A DNA stretch of 35,323 nucleotides from Octopus sinensis (lineage: Eukaryota): contig NW_021829941.1 in assembly GCF_006345805.1 (NCBI RefSeq), positions 1 to 35,323 on the forward strand. The letters are read 5' to 3'. Under the pieces are notes generated by a model. The model ran no database searches, was not told the DNA's origin, and saw nothing but the letters and a program-made list of their open reading frames with translations. Numbering within the stretch: the first letter of the stretch is position 1; each line of letters opens with the position of its first letter. Below are positions 11,378 through 23,203 of the stretch, piece by piece. The translations under genes and the position numbers were made by a program.

Positions 11378-12021
11378 AGATTTCTTGCCAATGGAGAAAG
11401 AACCGGTTTCTAACCTAGATCCAAGGCTCCTTTATTGGAATTTCAACATCAACAACAGGGTATTTTTGTTTGTATGTATGCATGTATGTGTACATGCATG
11501 CATGTATGTATGTATGTATGTATGTATGTATTATGTATGTATGTATGTATGTATGTATGTATGTATGTATGTATGTATGTATGTATGTTTGTATGTATGT
11601 ATGTATGTATGTATGTATGTATGTAGTATGTATTATGTATGTATGTATGTATGTATGTATGTATTTGTATGTATGTATGTATGTATGTATGTATGTATTA
11701 TGTATGTATGTATGTATGTTTGTATGTATGTATGTATGTATGTATGTATGTATGTATGTATGTATGTATGTATGTATGTTTGTATGTATGTATGTATGTT
11801 TGTATGTATGTATGTATGTATGTATTATGTATGTATGTATGTATGTTTGTATGTATGTATGTATGTATGTATGTATGTATGTATGTATGTATGTATGTAT
11901 GTATGTATGTATGTATGTATGTATGTATGTATGTTTGTATGTATGTATGTATGTTTGTATGTATGTATGTATGTTTGTGTGTATGTATGTATGTATGTTT
12001 GTATGTTTGTATGTATGTATG

Positions 12022-12053
<32 letters not shown>

Positions 12054-12375
12054 CGTGCAGATTTGTTTGTTTTATTTTATGTATGTATTCCCATGCATAT
12101 AGTTGCATATCTAGACATGCTCATATATATTTCAATGATAAACTTCTGGAAAATTTTACAGATTTTTACAGTTCCAGTGATGGATTGAATCTGTAGTCTT
12201 CGAATTAGCTTTCCCCTTTCTGGTTTTGAGGAACTTAATTTCTCAAGATTGGTATTTAGGTAGTGTGTGGCATATCCCAGGATCCAAATATGTATGTACG
12301 TACGTATGTATGTATGTATGTATGTATGTATGTATGTATGTATGTATGTATGTATGTATGTATGTATGCATGTAT
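11378..12375 (-). mobile_element. Short copy of the R4-like LINE 3' end: ORF tail 12051-12280, internal (TACA)n 11463-12050, terminal segment 11378-11462, upstream (TACA)n 12289-12375
   Basis: Minus strand reads LGYATHYLNTNLEKL...RRLQIQSITGTVKICK, homologous to 23215-23445; the terminal segment matches 22831-22933. Confidence 0.85.
11463..12050. repeat. ~590-bp (TATG)n array with TTTG variants
   Basis: Direct reading. Confidence 0.95.
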
Positions 12376-12425
12376 ACACATATTTATGTAAGTATAAATG
12401 CGCGTGTGTATGTGTATATCAGATA

Positions 12426-12466
<41 letters not shown>

Positions 12467-12526
12467 CACACACACACACACACATACACACACACACACA
12501 CGTGCATATATACATACATACCATTT

Positions 12527-12900
12527 ACCTTTTACTAGTTTCAATCATTAAGACTACAGCCATGCTATGGCGCCGCCTTGAAGTAGAAGAAACTGACTCC
12601 AATAATAATTTTTTTCGAAGCCTGATATTTATTCAATCGGTCTCTTTTTGTCGTAACGCTAAGTTACGGGGGAACATAAACAAACCAACACCTATGTTTG
12701 TCCCCCAACAACTAAGCGTTGGTGGGGGACAAACATAAAGACAAAGACGCACACTAATGGATATATACATATATCTTTCAGTTTTCGTCCACCAAATCCA
12801 CACACAAGACTTTGGTCAGCTCGAGGCTATAGACGAAGACACTCGCCTAAGGCGCCACGCAGTGGGACTGATCCTGAAACCATGTGGCTGGGAAGCAAAC
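12527..12900 (-). mobile_element. Diverged SINE A
   Basis: ttttactagtttcaatcattaagactacagccatgc... followed by a diverged 5' part. Confidence 0.7.
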
Positions 12901-13104
12901 TTCTTACTATTTATACATAATTCGTTTTTAACGGTAGAACTCGAAGTAGATAATGTTATAAATAATAGCGTGTAGATATTGTGCCTTAAAAAAAGGCTCT
13001 ACCTTCTCAACACTGAAAGGTAAAGTCAACAAAATTTGAAACTCAAGATCTAAAGAAATGCTGTGAAGCATTATTTTCAAAGTGTTAGCGATTCTGCTAG
13101 CTTG

Positions 13105-13530
13105 CTACATTAATTTATTTCTTTATTGCCCAATAGGGGCTAAACATAGAGGGGACAACAAGACAGGCAAAGGGATTAAGCCGATTACATCGACTCCAGT
13201 GCATAACTGGTACTTATTTAATCGACCCCGAAAGGATGAAAGACAAAGTCGATCTCGGCGGAATTTGAACTCAGAACGTAGTGACAGTCGAAATACCTAT
13301 TTCTTTACTACCCACAAGGGGCTAAGCACAGAGGGGACAAACAAGGACAGACAAACAGATTGAGTCGATTACATCGACCCCAGTGCGTAACTGGTACTTA
13401 ATTTATCGACCCCTAAAGGATGAAAGGCAAAGTCGACCTCGGCGGAATTTGAACTCAGAACGTAACGGCAGACGAAATACGGCTACGCATTTCGCCCGGC
13501 GTGCTAACGTTTCTGCCAGTTATCTGCCCT
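13105..13530 (-). mobile_element. Dimeric SINE B (head-core-tail1-core-tail1)
   Basis: Junction gaaatacctatttctttactacccacaagggg at ~13290-13320. Confidence 0.85.
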
Positions 13531-14114
13531 TTGCCACCTTAATAATAATAATCCTTTCTACTATAGACAGACATTTTGGGCAAGTGTCATTTTCTACCAC
13601 CTAAGGCCGTGTAAATAGAAATGTGTAGACGGAAACTAAGTAGAAGCCCGTCATATAGATTGTACATATTATACAACAGTCCAGCCTTGGCATACACTGT
13701 GTCATACTGATTCCGCCAGAGGATTACATTTAAGGTACATGCACCTGTAGTATACCCAGCCACTTACATACTAATTTATTGAACCTAGTAGTTCAGTTGA
13801 TCGAATAATTGTATCATCATAGCCAGAAATTCTCAAAGATCCATTATACGTACGCGCGCGTGACTGAGTTATGTAGTAGGCATATCAATGGAGAGAGTCT
13901 TCCGCATTCCGAAATTTTTTATGATAATAATACAATAGCATATTTTCATATATTATCATGATGGCGCACTTGGCTATCTACCTCGCTGATTAGACATCAC
14001 TATTCTTGATTTCTTAGATGGGCACAAGGCTTCAAATATGGGGAAGGACATAGTCGAATTTATGAACCTCATTTGTTTGTTAGCCAGTCAGTCTGACAGT
14101 CAATTAATTAATTA

Positions 14115-14135
14115 GTCAGTTAGTCACTCAGTTAT

Positions 14136-14195
<60 letters not shown>

Positions 14196-14331
14196 CTAGT
14201 TAGTTAGTTAGCTAGTTAGTTAGCTAGTTAGTTAGTTAGTTAGTTAGCTAGTTAGTTAGCTAGTTAGTTAGTTAGTTAGTTAGTTAGCTAGTTAGTTAGC
14301 TAGTTAGTTAGTTAGTTAGTTAGTTAGTTAT

Positions 14332-14371
<40 letters not shown>

Positions 14372-14468
14372 CTAGTTAGTTAGTTAGCTAGTTAGTTAGC
14401 TAGTTAGTTAGTTAGTTACCTAGTTAGTTAGCTAGTTAGTTAGTTAGTTAGTTAGCTAGTTAGTTAGC

Positions 14469-14552
<84 letters not shown>

Positions 14553-14560
14553 AGTTAGTT
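14115..14560. repeat. (TTAG)n array with TTAGCTAG variants
   Basis: Direct reading; abuts the 3' end of a minus-strand RTE. Confidence 0.95.
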
Positions 14561-15250
14561 TCCGTGCCATGAGGCTGCAACACGATTCCGTGCCATATAA
14601 GCGTCGCAAACGATCTCTCCAATCAGCTCTCCTTTCTGCCATCGTTCTGGTCTCATCACAGCTTCTTTGCCCTTCTCGTCCCCTTTCCTTGTCAATGGTC
14701 CTTCACCATGTGGTTTTAAGGCATCCTGCTACCCTTTCCCCTCAGGCTGTCACTTTAGTGCCACCATACAATCACTTTCTCGATCTTGCCCGAGGACGTG
14801 TCCGATTCAGTTCCAGCGCCTACGTCTTATTTCATCACTGACCCTGTTGATGCCCGTTGTCGTTTCAAATGTGTCGTTTTGGTTTCTTTGCAGTCAAATA
14901 TTCTTCTTAAGCATGCAATTTGGAAGTTGTCCATTGTTTTTCCTTCCATTCTTGTCACTATTCAGTTTTCACAGCCATACAGTAATACTGATCGGACAAG
15001 TGTCTCAAACAGTTTCCGCCTCATTTTGCAAACAACACCTTTGTTTCTCCATACTGTTGTTAGACTGTAGAATGCTCTCCGGGCTTTGAATATCTTGTTC
15101 TTTATATCCTCTGTTCTCCCACCATCTTTCTAGACTGTCACCCCGAGGAAAACAAATACTTCGACGTCGTCCACCTCGTTGTCGCCGATTCTCACACGAA
15201 CTTGTTCTATGGCATTATTACTCACCTATTGCTTTAGTTTGCCAACTTTT
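14559..15250 (-). mobile_element. 5'-truncated RTE-clade LINE 3' fragment
   Basis: Minus strand: VFVFLGVTV*KDGGRTEDIKNKIFKARRAF, LVRSVLLYGCEN, FQIACLRRIF and a decayed RRRWN*IGHVL. Confidence 0.85.
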
Positions 15251-15834
15251 GCAGGATAAAAGGCAAAGCTGTCCTCGGCACGATTTCAACACAAAACATA
15301 CAAGACCGCAACTAAATATTTGCCACAAATCTATTTTTTGCGACGCTTCAAGAAACCTGCTAATCCACTGCCCCAAATGCCTTGTGAGTAACACTGGATA
15401 GTTTGCACATGAGCGGAAGTCCGTCGGGTATACTGTACTATAAGTAATATAAATGCCTGTTTATGTTACACACCTTGTCCCACTGATTCTACTTCAGAAT
15501 TAAGTTAAGGCTACACGTATCTGTGGAATATTCAATGAGAAGGAAAGATTATCGTTGAGACCGCCGGAGATCCATTTACTTATTATCGCTATTGTTGTGA
15601 CTACAGCAGCAAAATAGCAGAATCGTTGGAGTGTTAGACAAAATACTGGCATTTCTTCCGGCTCTTTGCACTCTGCGTTCATATCCCTCTGAGGTTAAAT
15701 TTGTCTTTCATCCTTTCGGACTCGATAAAGTATCACTCAAATACTGGGGTCGAAGTAATCGACTTACCCCACCACAACTACCACCAAAATTACTAACCTT
15801 GTACCAAAATTAGAAACCCTTATTATTGTTGTAA

Positions 15835-16710
15835 TACGACGAGCTGGCAGAATCGTTAGCACACCGGGCGAAGTGCTTAGCGGTATTTCGTCTGCCGCTA
15901 CGTTCTGAGTTCAAATTCCGCCGAGGTCGACTTTGCCTTTCATCCTTTCGTGGTCGATTAAATAAGTACCAGTTACGCACTGGGGTCGATATAATCGACA
16001 TAATCCGTTTGTCTGTCTTTGTTTGTCCTCTCTGTGTTTAGCCCCTTGTGGGTAGTAAAGAAATAGGTATTTCGCCCGCCACTGTGTTCTGAGTTCAAAT
16101 TCCGCCGAGGTCATCTTTGCCTTTCATCCTTTCTCGATAAATTAAGTACCATTGAAACTCTGGGGTCAATGTAATCGATTTATGCCTCCCCAAAAATTTC
16201 AGGCCTTGTGCCTATAGTAGAAAGGATTATTATTGTTGTTGTTAAGGCAATGAAATCGACTTATCCCCACTCCCCTGAAACATGCTGGCGTTGCAATCCT
16301 TTTTACTATAGGCACAGAGCCCGAAAGGCTGGAAGGCAAGGCTGCCGAGGTCGACTTCGTCTTTTATCCTTTCAGGGTTAACAAAAATAAGTACGAGTTA
16401 GAGCACTGGGGTCATTGTAGTCCACTAGACACGTCCCCTAAAACTGGTGGACTCGTGCCTAAATCTTAAACCTTTTAATTATGGTTAAGGCGGCCAACTG
16501 GTAGAACCGTTAGCACGCCGGAAAAAATGCGTAGCAGCATTCCATCCGTCTTCGTGTTCTGAGTTCAAATTCCGCCGTGGTTGACTTTGTCGTTCATCCG
16601 TTCTGAAGTCGATTCAAATAACTAACAGTCGAGTACTGAGATCGAGGTATTCGCCTACATACCCCACCATCACGCCCAAAAGTTCAGGCTAGAATAGAAA
16701 GGATTATTAT
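15835..16710 (+). mobile_element. SINE B cluster: dimer 15835-16230 plus diverged tail-2 copies at ~16300-16460 and 16485-16710
   Basis: Repeated gagttcaaattccgccgaggtc core with tail1/tail2 ends. Confidence 0.8.
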
Positions 16711-16899
16711 CACACATAGTTTTTATTATCCCTCTTTTCACCGCTACATTTATTTATGGCCATCACACATTACCCGTGTTTAGAGGCAAAACCGTATGGT
16801 AAGCGGTAGAGCTTCAAGAGGTAACCCGCCTCACATCCAACCCGACTGCTTTGTCAGTTTACCTAAATTTAAACAAGCAAAAAACACGCCACGTTTCTC

Positions 16900-17570
16900 A
16901 ACCCCCCACCACCACCACCACCACCAACAATATCTTCCCTCTCCCTCTTCCATTCTCCCACCCTCTTCCATTCTCCCACCCTCTCTCTCCCTCCTCTTCT
17001 CTCTGTCACCTTCTTGCTCTCTCACCTTCACTACTCTCTTCCCCACTTTTTTCTCGATTTACACACACACAGCACAGCACACACACACACACACACAAGC
17101 GTACACGCAAGCACACAAATATATACATAAATGTGTTACTTTCACTCCCACTGCTCTTTTCTCTTCCTCCCACTTCCTCCAGTACACTATTTATTTCTCC
17201 CTTCACCTCCATATTCACAGCTCACCGCAGTCTTTTGTCTTTCGATCTATTGTTCCTTACCTCTCCTTTCTCTCTCTCTCCCTTTCCATTTCATGTGTGT
17301 GTGTGTGTGTCAGTGTGTTACAGCGAGTGAGTATGTTTGCTGCATGTATGTTTTTGGTTTAATGTGTGTGCGTATCGCCTTTACTCTGCTTCAAACCAAC
17401 TTTAGCTCCGCAATTTCTTTCCCTCGCCCATTCTCTCTCTCTCTCTCTCCCTCTGTCTCTCACTCGCCTTTTATTTCACATCTTTCTCCCTCTTCCTTTC
17501 TGTAGAAGATCTATCTCTCCTACATCTGTATCTCTTCCTTTCTTTCACTTTCTCTTACATCCCCATCTTT
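16900..17570. repeat. Pyrimidine-rich low-complexity tract with (CAC)n, (CT)n, (CA)n, (TG)n
   Basis: Direct reading. Confidence 0.85.
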
Positions 17571-17639
17571 TATCTGTGTGTATGTTTATGTATGATGCGC
17601 TTGTGTAAGATGTTGTGTACACACGAATGTATATTCTCT

Positions 17640-17853
17640 TTACTCTTTTCTCTTTTACTTGTTTCAGTCATTTGACTGCGGCCATGCTGGAGCACCGCCT
17701 TTAGTCGAGCAAATCGATCCCCCCAGGACTTATTCTTTGTAAGCCTAGTACTTATTCTATCGGTAACTTTTGCCGAACCGCTTAGTGACGGGGACGTAAA
17801 CACAGCAGCATCGGTTGTCAAGCAATGCTAGAGGGACAAACATAGACACACAA

Positions 17854-17918
<65 letters not shown>

Positions 17919-18305
17919 ATATAATATATACGAGACACAGAAAGATATAGATACTCGTATGTGTATACATCTTTTACTTGTTTCAGTCATTAGACTGCGG
18001 CCATGCTGGGGCACCGCCATGGAGAAACTTCTGCTTTAATCGAATGAATCGACCCCGGTACTTACTTTTTTTTCTTTTTCTTAAAGCCCAGTACACTTTT
18101 GCTGAACCGCTAAGTTACGGACGTAAACACACCAACACATACATATTCTTTTATTTATTTCAGTCATTTGACTACGGCCATGCTGGAGAACCGGCTTCAG
18201 TTGAACAAATCGACCCCAGGATTTATTCTTTGCAGAACCGCTAAGTTACGGGGACGTAGACACGCCACCATTGTTTGTCAAACGATACTGGGGGACAAAC
18301 ATAGA

Positions 18306-18350
<45 letters not shown>

Positions 18351-18912
18351 CTCCTTTACTTGTTTCAGTCATTTTCACTACGGCCATGCTGGAGCACTGC
18401 CTTTAGTCGAGCAAATCGATCCCCCCAGGACTTATTCTTTGTAAGCCTAGTACTTATTCTATCGGTCTCTTTTGCCGAACCGCTAAGTTACGGGGACGCA
18501 AACACACCAGCATCGGTTGTCAAGCGATGTTGGAGGGAGACAAACACAGACACACAAACACACACACATATATATATACATATACATATATACGACGGGC
18601 TTCTTTCAGTTTCCGTCTACCAAATCCTCTCACAAGGCTATGGTCGGCCCGAGGCTATAGTAGAAGACACTTGCCCAAGGTGCTACGCAGTGGGACTGAA
18701 CCCGGAACCATGTGGTTGGTAAGCAAGTTACTTACCACACAGCCACTCTTGCGCCTATATATATATACGATGAGCTTCTTTCAGTTTCCGTCTACCAAAT
18801 TCACTCACAAAGCTTTGGTCGGCCCGAGGCTATAGTAGAAGACACTTGCCCAAGATGAACCTAGAACCATGTGCTTGGTAAGCAAGCTACTTACCACACA
18901 GCCACTCCTGCA
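17640..18912 (-). mobile_element. Head-to-tail cluster of SINE A copies (three 3' halves, one full copy 18350-18750, one extra 5' half)
   Basis: tttcagtcatt...cggccatgctgg recurs at ~17660, 17980, 18160 and 18360; 5' halves at 18590-18750 and 18765-18912. Confidence 0.85.
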
Positions 18913-18921
18913 GTAGTGTAT

Positions 18922-19076
18922 ATTTCTTTCCTTGTTTCTTTTTGTATTCCTTTCTGTGGAACAGCGTAGGCTCGAAACGGTAAAGACTTTTTCAATTCCC
19001 GAGCGTTATACTAATACATATTTGTTTTCTATAACACATGTCTTCGTCTTTTGTTTTTTTCGTGAATTCTCCCCCT
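18922..19076 (+). mobile_element. Short dispersed element W with a hammerhead-like motif (copy 1)
   Basis: ctttctgtggaacagcgtaggctcgaaacggtaaagac; homologous to 23041-23203 and the reverse complement of 28998-29155. Confidence 0.7.
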
Positions 19077-19094
19077 ATATATACATATATCAAG

Positions 19095-19490
19095 ATTAAT
19101 CAGCCGAAATTACTACGATGATCCGGTTCTTGACTGAAGACTGAGGGGTTCGAATGTCCTGTCCATGTTTATTGTATCGTCTTCTAAGAGTTATACGTTC
19201 TTGTCCATGTTGTATTTTTCTACATACCTTAATATATATAACTTACTTGGAGAACAGAAAGGAAACGATTCTTTCGCAGGAAGGGCTAGTTCGACGAGTC
19301 GTGTTCTGTCCTTACCTTCGAAATACGCATGGAGTCGAACTAGGGACAGCTGATGAAGGGGAATTTTCCTTGTGTTGTTTATCTTGTACTCTGTTTTTTC
19401 ATTGTTAAAAAAGGTCCGTTTCCATGTTTGTTTTTACGTTTTCGTCTCTCGTTGAGTTCTACGTCTATTTGTGGTGTCCTGTACTCACGT
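19095..19490 (+). mobile_element. Possible decayed Penelope-like pseudo-LTR
   Basis: Two degenerate hammerhead-like halves: ctgaaga...cgaatgtcctgtcc and ggacagctgatgaagggg. Confidence 0.35.
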
Positions 19491-19576
19491 ATATATATTT
19501 ATATATGCATATATATATATATACATGTAGATGTAGGTACGTACATATATGTATGTATGTATGCATATATTTTATT

Positions 19577-19624
<48 letters not shown>

Positions 19625-20086
19625 ATTTACATTATCGAGTTAGAAAACAGAAAGAATGATCTAATGGATAGAAATTTATTTATTAATTAATTAACGTATT
19701 CACCTACAATTGTTTCATTTCACAAACAAAATTAAAATTACAAATCATAAATATATAATTATACATATTCTGAGTATCCTAAACGTATCTTAATGTAATC
19801 TGTATATTGTCCTTTCTACACCCTGATGATTTTTCCATACAAGATATTCAAAATGCAAAATTATATATTTATATATGTTTTGTAATTTTAATTTTATTTG
19901 GGAAATGAAACAATAGTAGGTGAATATGTTAATTAATAATTAATTTGTATCCAATAAATCCCTCTTTTTTTTCTATATTAATATTCATTGAAGAAATATC
20001 TCTAATATATCAAACCAGTGTATCGTGGATAAAATATCCCTATAAGAGGTTTGAATATCCTCATCGTGACAATATATATATATATA

Positions 20087-20638
20087 CAGACATTCAAGAA
20101 GTAACTAGACACCTTCAATATTCAAAATTTCTGATCTAAGCATCTTAATATGTTTTCAGCGGTGTAGAATTTAAAATGTAATTATTCTTTTTCATTCCAG
20201 GTGCCATTATATTAAACATTTGCGAAGAGTAACCATGCCACGCACCAAAAAAAATCAGCAGAACTGTCAGATTTTCAAAGAGGTCTTATTGTTGGGCAAT
20301 CTGAGGCTGGTCTTAGCCAGCAAAAAATTGCCGAAAATCTTCAAATTCCTCTTGCTACTGTTAATAGAATTATAGTGCAATTTTTAAATCAACAGATTCT
20401 TATCCCGGCCGACCTGGGCCCTCGGAAAGGAAGCTTCGCTGTTCGAAGAGAATTGTGGAAAACGAACCCTGTTCGAAGGTTTCTGACATTGCAAAACAGC
20501 TAGGAGTTAGTCCAAGAACGTGTGTTACATATCTACATAAGCTTGGTTATTATGGACGAGAACTAGAAGAAAACCTTTCCTTCAACCAGTTAATATTAAT
20601 TAAAAGAGTTTGAATATTAAAGGTGTCTATTTACTTCC

Positions 20639-20645
<7 letters not shown>
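20087..20645 (+). mobile_element. Internally deleted Tc1 element with both TIRs and the N-terminal HTH coding region
   Basis: gaagtaactagacaccttcaatattcaaa versus the reverse complement of tttgaatattaaaggtgtctatttacttc; from ATG 20235: [44 protein letters not shown]...GRP...ARRKP. Confidence 0.85.
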
Positions 20646-20713
<68 letters not shown>

Positions 20714-20718
<5 letters not shown>

Positions 20719-21690
20719 GTGCGATAGGTAAATTTTCGCCATTGTTTGTTTTTCATTTTGTCGACTACATAGTATGTAGGATCAGTTGGGCACCGTCTGT
20801 GAGAGAAACAGCACCATGACGCAATTCACTCTGCCATAAATTGGGAAACGTCATGCTGTACTACTTGGCATTCGCGCCTGAAGCTCCAATACGAACATTT
20901 CAGAGTGTTTGGTTATCAATCTGAGGACAGTGCAGAGGATTCGGAAAGAGATGGATAAGTCTAATGATGATTGCGAAGGTACGGCATTTCACATACAAGA
21001 TGAGAAAGAGCCAGTTTTAATTCCACGTCATCAAGGATAAGAGGAAAGACCGAGCTACGACGCTTTTGAACAAACTCAAGCATCCCCTCCAAACGAACAT
21101 GCTTTGGTTTTTCTCAGACGAGGAAAATTTCTGCCAGGATCAGATGATGAACACACAGAAGAACGTTAGCATGCCGTGCCCCCAAAATATGTACCGAGAG
21201 TGATAAAAATTACCAACCAGTCAACATCATGATCTTTGGAGTGTTAACTAGTGATGGCAACGTTATGTCTCCATTCATCTTCCCACACGGCCTCAGACCC
21301 AACACGAAAGCCTACATCAAGTGCCTGGAGGAAGTAGTGCTGCTGTGGATCAAGACCCTATATCTAACAACGGGACTCTGCACCATGTCACACAAGCAGA
21401 GGAACCCAGTCATGGCTATCAGACGATTTCTGCGACCGCATCACCCCTAACATCTGGCCACCTAACTCCCCAGACTGCAACCACCTAGATTATTATGTGT
21501 GGGGCGCAGTTTAGTGAGAAACCAAGAAAACTCCTTGTCATACCAAAGATGAACTGAACGCAAGGATTATGGTAGCATTCACCGACTTAAACAAAAGAGG
21601 CCGACCAGAAGAGTTGCAGTAGATTCCGAAGTCGACTGGAGGCCGTGGTTGAATAAATTTACTTATTTCAAGATATTTTAATGTAATTTT

Positions 21691-21695
<5 letters not shown>
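20714..21695 (+). mobile_element. Decayed DD37D (maT-family) transposon
   Basis: FSDE, IMIFGVLTSDG, QRDSAPCH...WPPNSPDCNHLDYYVW; 37 residues lie between the Asp codons at 21374 and 21488. Flanked by (TA)n. Confidence 0.85.
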
Positions 21696-21750
<55 letters not shown>

Positions 21751-21789
21751 ATAAGATGCCGTGCTACACATATACATTATATATATATA

Positions 21790-22234
21790 CATACAAACAT
21801 ATACACATACATACATACATACATACATACATACATACATACATACATACATACATACATACATACATACATACACACATACATACATACATACATAGTA
21901 GGATATGTAACACGCTACCTAAATTCCAATCTTGATAAATTGGGCTTCTCAAAAATAGACAGGAGACTACAGATCCAAGTCATCACTGGAACTGTAAAAG
22001 TCTGTAAAAATTTTCCACAAGTTTATCACTTAAATATATATGAGCATGTCTAGATATACAAGTATATGCATGGGAATACATACATAAAACAGAACATGCA
22101 AATCTGCGCATATATATACGTACATATATAGTTGATATTGTTGAAATTCCAACGAAGGAGGCTAAAATGAAGGTTAGAAACCGGTTCTTTCTCTATTGGT
22201 AAGAAATCTTGAAATGAAACTGAATGATGACATA
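21790..22234 (+). mobile_element. Second short copy of the R4-like 3' end, preceded by (TACA)n 21790-21897
   Basis: ggatatgtaacacgctacctaaattccaatcttga...aatctgcgca (21898-22110), a short TA/TACA tract, then the terminal segment 22131-22232. Confidence 0.85.
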
Positions 22235-23040
22235 AATATCTCAGTTTCTCTCTGAATCCGCTTTTCCTTTTGTCCTAACCATCACTAGCACCAAAACATC
22301 CGAACATGAGAGGAGATAGTCGTGACTAGACCGCCTTTGGTCATATATTTACTCGATCAGACCCAACCTGAATCCAAACAAAATTGTCTACACTAACTCA
22401 AAAATAACAGCCAAATTTCCTTGAAAATAAAAAAAAACATATTAGTGTCTTGAAAAAGAAAGAATACTTTAGATAATATGATCCTAGAACAATAGAAACA
22501 ATAGAAACAATAGGTGGCCAAAATTGGACTATTTTTGGCCATGTTTACTGGAGCAGGATTCACCTGGGGCTAAACTTAGGCAAGTGTCTTGTAATATAGG
22601 TCACGGGTCGACCAAAGCCCTGTAAGTGAATTTGGTTGATGGGAACTGAAAGTCTGTAATATACGTGTGTGTGTGTATGTGTGTGAGAGAGAGAGAGAGA
22701 GAAAGAGAAAGTGTGTGTGTATTTGTGTATGTGTATGTGAGAGAGAGTGTGTATCTTTGTGCGTGTGTGTCTGTGTCTTTGTGGTGGCAGTGTGCATATA
22801 TTTATGTATGCATGCATGTATGTGTGTATGTCATTATTCAGTCTTATTTCAAGATTTCTTATCAATAGAGAAAGAGCCGGTTTCTAACCTAGATCCAATA
22901 CCCCTTCATTGAAATTTCAATATCAACAGGGTATTTGTGTACGTACGTACGTATGTATGTTGTATGTATGTATGTATGTATGTATGTATGTATGTATGTA
23001 TGTACATCGCCATGATAGGTTGCTAGCCACTAAACCTTTT

Positions 23041-23203
23041 TATTTTCTCTCCCTGTTTATTTCTGTGTTCCTTTCTGTCGAAGAGCGTAGGTTCGAAACG
23101 TAAAAGACTTTCACACTTCCTGAGCGTTAAACTAATACATCTGTTTGTTGTTTACACACCCGTCTTCGTCTTTTGTTTTTTGTTTTTTCGTAAATTCTCA
23201 CTA
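23041..23203 (+). mobile_element. Element W copy 2, inserted in the (TATG)n of the R4 3' UTR
   Basis: ctttctgtcgaagagcgtaggttcgaaacgtaaaagac; (TATG)n on both sides. Confidence 0.75.

Noticed and set aside
11199-12738. Long ORFs such as MYVCMYVC... and HTYIHTYI... (also at 611-935, 2578-2978, 21764-21952)
   Set aside because: These are translations of stop-free (TATG)n/(CA)n microsatellites, not genes.
14115-14560. (TTAG)n as interstitial telomeric repeat
   Set aside because: The unit is TTAG, not TTAGG or TTAGGG, and it is contiguous with an RTE tail.
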